NCBI GenBank assembly: GCA_024742285.1
Contig: JANSYR010000012.1
Location: 36,260 to 100,259 of the forward strand
DNA from: a bacterium
GTDB taxonomy: Bacteria; Myxococcota_A; UBA9160; UBA4427
Reading direction: 5' to 3'
Length of the DNA stretch: 64,000 nucleotides
A program made the position numbers and the translations under genes. A model generated the notes under the pieces. It saw only the letters and a program-made list of their open reading frames with translations. It made no database searches and had not been told where the DNA came from. This document shows, one piece after another, positions 58,771 to 64,000 of this stretch; position 1 is the stretch's first letter; every line of letters starts with the position of its first letter.

Positions 58771-60954
58771 GTGAGCGATCACGACGCGGAAAGTGGAGCA
58801 CGAGCGAGGCGATGGGCCGGCCTCCTCGCGTCTCTGGCCACGGGCGTCGGGTGCGTTTCCTGCGGTGGCGACGCTCCGGACGCGGCGGCATTCGAGCGGG
58901 CGCGGGAGCGGGCCGCGCCCGCCGAGCGGGAGTGGCGCAGCTATCTGGGTGGGCTCGAGTCGAGACAGTGGTCGCCCCTCGACGAGATCGACCGCTCGAA
59001 CGTCCACCTCCTCGAGCGCGCCTGGATCCATCGGTCGGGGGAGCCCGCCTCGAGCGGCCTGCAGATGCAGGTGAACCCGATCGTCGTCGGCGGCGTGCTC
59101 TACGGGGTCTCGCCGAACCTCGTGCTCTTCGCGATCGACGCCTCGACCGGGGAGACACTCTGGCGTTTCGATCCGGGGACGGGATCGTGGCTCGCGAGCT
59201 CGAGTCGCGGAGTCGCGAGCTGGCGGAGCGGGGACGACGAGCGGATCGTGTTCGGGGCGAAGAGCTTCCTCTACTCGATCGATGCGAAGACCGGTCGGCC
59301 GGTGGAGTCGTTCGGCGAGGGCGGTCGGATCGATCTCCGCGAAGGCCTCGGGCGCGACGTCTCCGCGGACATGATGGGCGTGACCGTGACGACGCCGGCG
59401 ACGATCTTCGAGGACCTGATCCTGGTCGGCGGGCGGGTGAACGAGATGGAGGGGGCGCCGCCGGGCACGGTGCGCGCGTTCGATGCGAGAACGGGCGCGC
59501 TTCGCTGGGCCTTTCATACGATTCCCCGGCCCGGGGAATTCGGGTACGAGACCTGGCCCGCCGACGCCTGGAAGACCGCGGGCGGTGCGAACGCCTGGGC
59601 CGGGATCACCGTCGATGCTTCACGGGGCCTCGCCTTCGTCCCGACCGGGTCGGCCACGCCCGACTTCGACGGCAGCGACCGCCTGGGCGACAACCTCTTC
59701 GCGAACACGTTGCTCGCGCTCGATGCGCGGACCGGAGAGCGCGTCTGGCACCAGCAGCTGGTGCGCCACGATCTGTGGGATCGCGACCTTCCGTCTCCGC
59801 CCAACCTGGTCGAGCTCGAACGGGACGGCGTCGTCGTGCCCGCGGTCGCGCAGACCACGAAGCAGGGGCACACCTATGTGTTCCATCGCGAGACGGGAGA
59901 GCCGCTCTTCCCGATCCGCGAGGAGCCGGTCCAGCCGACCCCGATCGAGGGCGAGGTGACGGCCCGGTCCCAGCCGATTCCCATCGCTCCGCCGCCCTTC
60001 GCACGCCAGTCGCTCACGGCGGAGACCGTGAGCGACCGCACGCCCGAGATCGCTTCGGCCCTCCGAGAGCGCCTGGCCTCGATGCGATCCGGTGGACTCT
60101 ACGTTCCGCCCAGCACCGAAGGCTCGATCCTCGTCCCCGGGATCGACGGCGGGGCCGAGTGGGGGGGCGCCGCCTGGGACGCGTCGACCGGGACGCTCTA
60201 CGTCAATGCGAATCAGGTCGCGTCGATCCTGCAGCTGGTGGAGACCGCCGGCGAGACCGAGCTGACGGATACCGCCTATCTGGGACTCTGCGCCGGCTGT
60301 CATGGGCTCGACCTGAAGGGGGACGGCGCCTCGATTCCCTCGTTGATCGGGGTTCGCGACCGGATGGGCTTCCTCGAGTTCCACCGGATCCTGCGCGACG
60401 GGCGAGGGCGCATGCCGCCGGTCGCAGGGTTCATGCCCTGGTGGCAGCGCTACCCCGCGGCCTGGCTGCTCTACCGACTCGACGAGGAGGACGCACCGAT
60501 CCATTGGGCGGAGCGCGAGGGCGAACGGCACGTGACGAGCGCGGGCTACCAGGACTTCACCGATCCCGACGGACTCCCCGGCTCCAAGCCGCCCTGGGGC
60601 ACGCTGACTGCGATCGATCTCGCTGGTGGGAAGCTCCGCTGGCAGATCCCGCTCGGGGACTACCCCGAGATCCTCGCCGAAGGCAAGAGCGGGCTCGGGG
60701 CGGCGAACTACGGTGGGCCGGTCGTGACCGCGGGCGGTCTGCTCTTCATCGCCGCGACACCGGACCGGAAGCTCCGCGCCTACGACAAGGAGGACGGGAC
60801 GCTCCTCTGGGAGGACACGCTTCCCTTCGGTGGGTACGCCACGCCTGCGGTCTACGAAGCGGACGGTCGACAGTTCGTGGTGGTCGCGGCAGGTGGCGGG
60901 AAGTTTCGCCAGGCCTCGGGCGACGCCTACGTGGCCTACGCGCTGCCGCGCTAG
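58771..60954 (+). CDS. PQQ-dependent dehydrogenase (glucose/quinate dehydrogenase-like beta-propeller) with an embedded c-type haem motif
   Basis: GTG 58771 with AGGAG RBS; lipoprotein-like signal; PQQ propeller repeats (GETLWRF, GALRWAF, GERVWHQQL, GKLRWQIPLG, GTLLWEDTLP); CAGCHG plus downstream Met (GRMPP) indicates a cytochrome c module. Confidence 0.7.
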   Translation: MSDHDAESGARARRWAGLLASLATGVGCVSCGGDAPDAAAFERARERAAPAEREWRSYLGGLESRQWSPLDEIDRSNVHLLERAWIHRSGEPASSGLQMQVNPIVVGGVLYGVSPNLVLFAIDASTGETLWRFDPGTGSWLASSSRGVASWRSGDDERIVFGAKSFLYSIDAKTGRPVESFGEGGRIDLREGLGRDVSADMMGVTVTTPATIFEDLILVGGRVNEMEGAPPGTVRAFDARTGALRWAFHTIPRPGEFGYETWPADAWKTAGGANAWAGITVDASRGLAFVPTGSATPDFDGSDRLGDNLFANTLLALDARTGERVWHQQLVRHDLWDRDLPSPPNLVELERDGVVVPAVAQTTKQGHTYVFHRETGEPLFPIREEPVQPTPIEGEVTARSQPIPIAPPPFARQSLTAETVSDRTPEIASALRERLASMRSGGLYVPPSTEGSILVPGIDGGAEWGGAAWDASTGTLYVNANQVASILQLVETAGETELTDTAYLGLCAGCHGLDLKGDGASIPSLIGVRDRMGFLEFHRILRDGRGRMPPVAGFMPWWQRYPAAWLLYRLDEEDAPIHWAEREGERHVTSAGYQDFTDPDGLPGSKPPWGTLTAIDLAGGKLRWQIPLGDYPEILAEGKSGLGAANYGGPVVTAGGLLFIAATPDRKLRAYDKEDGTLLWEDTLPFGGYATPAVYEADGRQFVVVAAGGGKFRQASGDAYVAYALPR

Positions 60955-60986
60955 GCGCGCTCTTCATGTTAGGCGTGAAGGAATCG

Positions 60987-61424
60987 TTAGGCGCGGGCCT
61001 GCTCGGCGTCGGGTCCGGCCGGCCGCCAGCAGGGCAGGTGGAACCCGTCCTTGCCGGGGACGATTTCGAGGGCGACCGCCTCTCCCGAGACGGGTTCGCG
61101 AGCGCCGAGCCAGCCGCCGATCAGGAGCAGGTCGTCCTGTGCGTCGAGGCGGACCTGGACGACGGTGTAGGGCACGGCCTCGCGAAGGGCGGGAGCGAAG
61201 GCCTGGTGGGTCCGGACCCAGCTGGCGACGGTGCCGGCCCCGTCGAGGGTCTCCCAGCGCGCGTCGAAGGACCGGCATCGGTTGCAGATTTCGCGCGCCG
61301 GCCAACGCAGGGCGCCACAGGCGGAGCAACGCTGGAGCCGGAACTCGCCGGCCGCGAGCGCGTCCCACCAGGGGCGCGAGTCGCGATCCGGCGTGGGCGG
61401 GAAGGGGAGGAACGCGTCGCTCAT
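60987..61424 (-). CDS. Zn-ribbon / OB-fold protein (DUF35 family), partner of SCP-x-type thiolases
   Basis: CxxC...CxxC ribbon (RCSACGALRWPAREICNRC) followed by an OB-fold; start overlaps the thiolase stop as ATGA. Confidence 0.65.
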   Translation of the reverse strand: MSDAFLPFPPTPDRDSRPWWDALAAGEFRLQRCSACGALRWPAREICNRCRSFDARWETLDGAGTVASWVRTHQAFAPALREAVPYTVVQVRLDAQDDLLLIGGWLGAREPVSGEAVALEIVPGKDGFHLPCWRPAGPDAEQARA

Positions 61425-62578
61425 GCGTCCCTCCGCAGGATCAGCGCCGAGGCGTTTCCGGCGACGTAGCCCGGCTGGGCCGTGGAGAGTCCGATCTCGG
61501 CGCCTTCGACCTGGCGCGCGCCGGCCTCGCCGCGGAGCTGGGACACGCACTCGTAGACGTGATTCAGCCCGTGGACGTAGCCCTCCGAGAGGAAGCCGCC
61601 GTGGGTGTTCACCGGGAGCGCGCCGTCCGATCGCGTCGCGCCGCTCTCGACGAAGGGGCCGCCCTCTCCCTTGGGACAGAAGCCGTAGTCCTCGAGCTGC
61701 ACGATCACCGAGTAGGTGAAGCAGTCGTAGAGCTGGGCGACGTCGATGTCCTGCTGTCCGACGCCCGCCATCTCGAAGAGCCGAGGGGCCAGGTCGGCCG
61801 CCGACGTCGTCGTCGTGTCCGGCTGTTGGTTCGAGTACAGCGTCTGGCCGCCGCCCCAGGCGGCTCCGCTGATCGAGACGGGGTGCTTCTTCAGGTCCCG
61901 CGCGCGCTCGGGGGTCGTCAGCAGGATCGCGACCGCCCCGTCGGTCTCGAGGCAGCAATCGAGCAGGCGGAAAGGCTCGACGACGGGTCGCGACGCGAGA
62001 TGGTCGGCGAGCTCGATCGGCGCGCGCATCATCGCGCGCTCGTTCTTCGCCGCGTTCGCCCGCTGCTGGACGGCGACGTGGCCGAGCTGTTCCTCGGTCG
62101 TGCCGTAGCGCTCCATGTGGGCGCGCGCCGCCATCGCGAACTGCTGGGGGGGCACGAAGTAGCCGTAAGGCGCCTGGTACTGGGTCTCGACGGCGTCGAC
62201 GAGCGGGCGTCCCGTTCCGCCCATGCGGAACTCGGAGCGGGCGTTGAGCGCGCGGTAGCAGACGACGGTTTCCGCGACGCCGGCGGCGATGGCGAGGGCC
62301 GCCTGTCCTACGACCGCGTGGGAGACGCTGCCGCCGCCGAACTGGTCGACGAAGTAGCGGGGGTCGCGGAGGCCGAGGGACTGGGCGACCACCGCCGGGA
62401 GCACCGAATCGCCGACCCGGTAGGTCGCGATCCCGTCGAGGGCGTCCGGCGGGAGCCCCGCGTCGTCGAGCGCGGCCATGATCGCGCGCGTCGCGAGGGT
62501 GAGGGTGCTGACGCCCGAGTCCTTCGAGTAGGGCGTGCAACCGATCCCGGCGATCGCGACCCGGTCGCGCAACGTCAA
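61421..62578 (-). CDS. Thiolase-like lipid-transfer protein (SCP-x-type thiolase)
   Basis: VAIAGIGCTPYSKDSG N-terminus, thiolase fold, C-terminal catalytic region GGFLSEGYVHGLNHVYE. Confidence 0.75.
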   Translation of the reverse strand: MTLRDRVAIAGIGCTPYSKDSGVSTLTLATRAIMAALDDAGLPPDALDGIATYRVGDSVLPAVVAQSLGLRDPRYFVDQFGGGSVSHAVVGQAALAIAAGVAETVVCYRALNARSEFRMGGTGRPLVDAVETQYQAPYGYFVPPQQFAMAARAHMERYGTTEEQLGHVAVQQRANAAKNERAMMRAPIELADHLASRPVVEPFRLLDCCLETDGAVAILLTTPERARDLKKHPVSISGAAWGGGQTLYSNQQPDTTTTSAADLAPRLFEMAGVGQQDIDVAQLYDCFTYSVIVQLEDYGFCPKGEGGPFVESGATRSDGALPVNTHGGFLSEGYVHGLNHVYECVSQLRGEAGARQVEGAEIGLSTAQPGYVAGNASALILRRDA

Positions 62579-62581
62579 GGA

Positions 62582-63967
62582 CTAGCCCCGCTCGTCGCGG
62601 AAGCGCTTCGGCTTCGGGCTCGACTTGATCTGCGTGAGATCGTCGAGGGCGCCCGGCGCGTGGACCTCGACGCCGAACTTCACGCCGATCTTCTCTTTCA
62701 GGAGCTGTTCGAGTTGTTCACGGATCCCGTCGTGCTCGCTCGTGGGACGTTCCGTCGTGGCCATCACGACCATCTCGTCGCGGTTGTTCTCGCGCACGGC
62801 CCGCACGAAGTAGTCCTCGGTCACGGCCTCGTGGGTCATCACGATCTCGCCGAGCGCCTCGGGCCAGACGTTGACCCCCCGCAGCTTGACCATGTTGTCT
62901 CCACGTCCGGAGAACGGCCCCATTCTGCGCTGCCAGCTCCCGCAAGCGCAGCGCTCCGGCGGATGAAGAAAGGACAGGTCCATGATGTTGTATCGGAACT
63001 GCGGGCTGCCGGTCTTGTAGAGCTCGGTCACGACGAGGGAGCCGAGCTCGCCGTCGGGGAGGGGCTCGCCCGTGTCGACGTCGACGACCTGGACGATGAA
63101 GGCGTCCTCCTGGATGTGGAGGCCCTGTCTCGCGGGGCACTCCGTCGCGATCCACTGGACTTCGTGGAAGCCGTAGGACTGGTAGTTGGGGACGCCGAAG
63201 GTGGCTTCGAGCAGCTCCCGGTCGCCGATGTTCGGGAGTGCGCAGAGCTTCAGGTCCTCTTTCGGGTCGAGGCCCATCTCCCGCGCCTTGTCCGCCAGGC
63301 GGAGGAGATAGTCACCGGTCGTGAGGATCGCCTTCGCGCCGTACTGGACGGCGAGCTCGATCTGGCGCTGGCTGCTCGTCACGGTTCCGGTCCCGGTCGT
63401 GAGGACGACGCAGTTCAGCCAGTTGTAGAGCGCCTCGTCCATCGAGAAGGCGCCGTTGTGGGTCGAGTAGGCCCAGGCGTTGACGACCGTGTCGCCGGGC
63501 CGGATGCCCTGCATGTAGAGGGCCCGTGCGGTCAGGATCGAGCCCGCCATGCGATCCCAGGTCGTGTAGAGGGTCGGTCGCGACGTGCCCGTCGTCCCAC
63601 CGGACATGAAGACCCGCATCGGCTCCCGGTAGGCATCCGTCGGGAGCACGCCCTGGTAGTCGCCGAGCGGCGGGTGGGCCTCGATGCTCTTGCGGATGTC
63701 GTCGACCGAATAGGTCGGGATCCGGTCGAGGTCGGCGAGGCTCTGGATCGAACGCGGGTCGAAGCCGGCGGCGTCCCAGCGACGCTGGAAGAAGGGCACG
63801 CGATAGGCGCGCAGGGCGCGGTCCTGGACGCGGGCGAGCTGTTTCGCCTCGATCCGCTCGCGGTCCTCGAGCCAGGTCGACTCGAAGTATTCCGGCGGCG
63901 GCGGGTACATCCGCGTCAATGCGTCGTAGTCGACGGCTTCGTGAGGTCGGCGGATTCCCTGCGGCAT
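62582..63967 (-). CDS. Phenylacetate-CoA ligase-family adenylate-forming enzyme (PaaK / F390 synthetase-like)
   Basis: SGGTTGTSRPTLYT P-loop-like AMP-binding motif, YGFHEVQ, PaaK-like C-terminal domain. Confidence 0.7.
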   Translation of the reverse strand: MPQGIRRPHEAVDYDALTRMYPPPPEYFESTWLEDRERIEAKQLARVQDRALRAYRVPFFQRRWDAAGFDPRSIQSLADLDRIPTYSVDDIRKSIEAHPPLGDYQGVLPTDAYREPMRVFMSGGTTGTSRPTLYTTWDRMAGSILTARALYMQGIRPGDTVVNAWAYSTHNGAFSMDEALYNWLNCVVLTTGTGTVTSSQRQIELAVQYGAKAILTTGDYLLRLADKAREMGLDPKEDLKLCALPNIGDRELLEATFGVPNYQSYGFHEVQWIATECPARQGLHIQEDAFIVQVVDVDTGEPLPDGELGSLVVTELYKTGSPQFRYNIMDLSFLHPPERCACGSWQRRMGPFSGRGDNMVKLRGVNVWPEALGEIVMTHEAVTEDYFVRAVRENNRDEMVVMATTERPTSEHDGIREQLEQLLKEKIGVKFGVEVHAPGALDDLTQIKSSPKPKRFRDERG

Positions 63968-64000
63968 TCGATGACTCCCTGACCGCGAGTGACTCGCGGG

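Overview
This is a 64 kb stretch of high-GC (about 70%) bacterial chromosome. The highly conserved mglB-mglA motility GTPase pair (MglA is, from memory, roughly 80% identical to Myxococcus xanthus MglA) and a PEP-CTERM protein point to a Myxococcota-like or related environmental lineage, but this is inference. The left 30 kb is a dense catabolic cluster: XdhC/MocA molybdenum-hydroxylase maturation genes at the edge, two divergent N-acyl-D-amino-acid deacylase paralogs, amidohydrolases, a PhyH-like dioxygenase, LLM monooxygenases, a flavin monooxygenase, SDRs, MFS transporters, a GST, a probable PPi-dependent phosphofructokinase, an S9 peptidase with lipoprotein partners, a sulfotransferase and a large PKD-repeat secreted protein. 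The most unusual part is 30.1-34.6 kb: a 1.37 kb non-coding, partly AT-rich stretch carrying a sigma70-like promoter, a small ORF and three tRNA-like fragments, followed by a band-7/SPFH gene with an internal duplication and a PcfJ-like gene. This unit ends at an intact tRNA-Pro(CGG) whose 3' flank carries two decayed tandem copies of the tRNA 3' end. That reads as a degraded tRNA-Pro-targeted integrative island with no integrase and an uncharacterised two-gene cargo. To the right lie conserved housekeeping genes (rpe-rsmB-fmt-def, priA, a TetR-controlled RND efflux operon with a perfect 24 bp palindromic operator, mglBA, recR-ybaB-dnaX with the SRP RNA gene ffs upstream of dnaX), then a sulfatase, a ThuA-like protein, a PQQ-dependent dehydrogenase with an embedded CxxCH haem motif, and a DUF35/thiolase/PaaK-like CoA-ligase set. 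No CRISPR array, integrase, transposase or reverse transcriptase was seen. Many listed ORFs are antisense artefacts of the high GC content.
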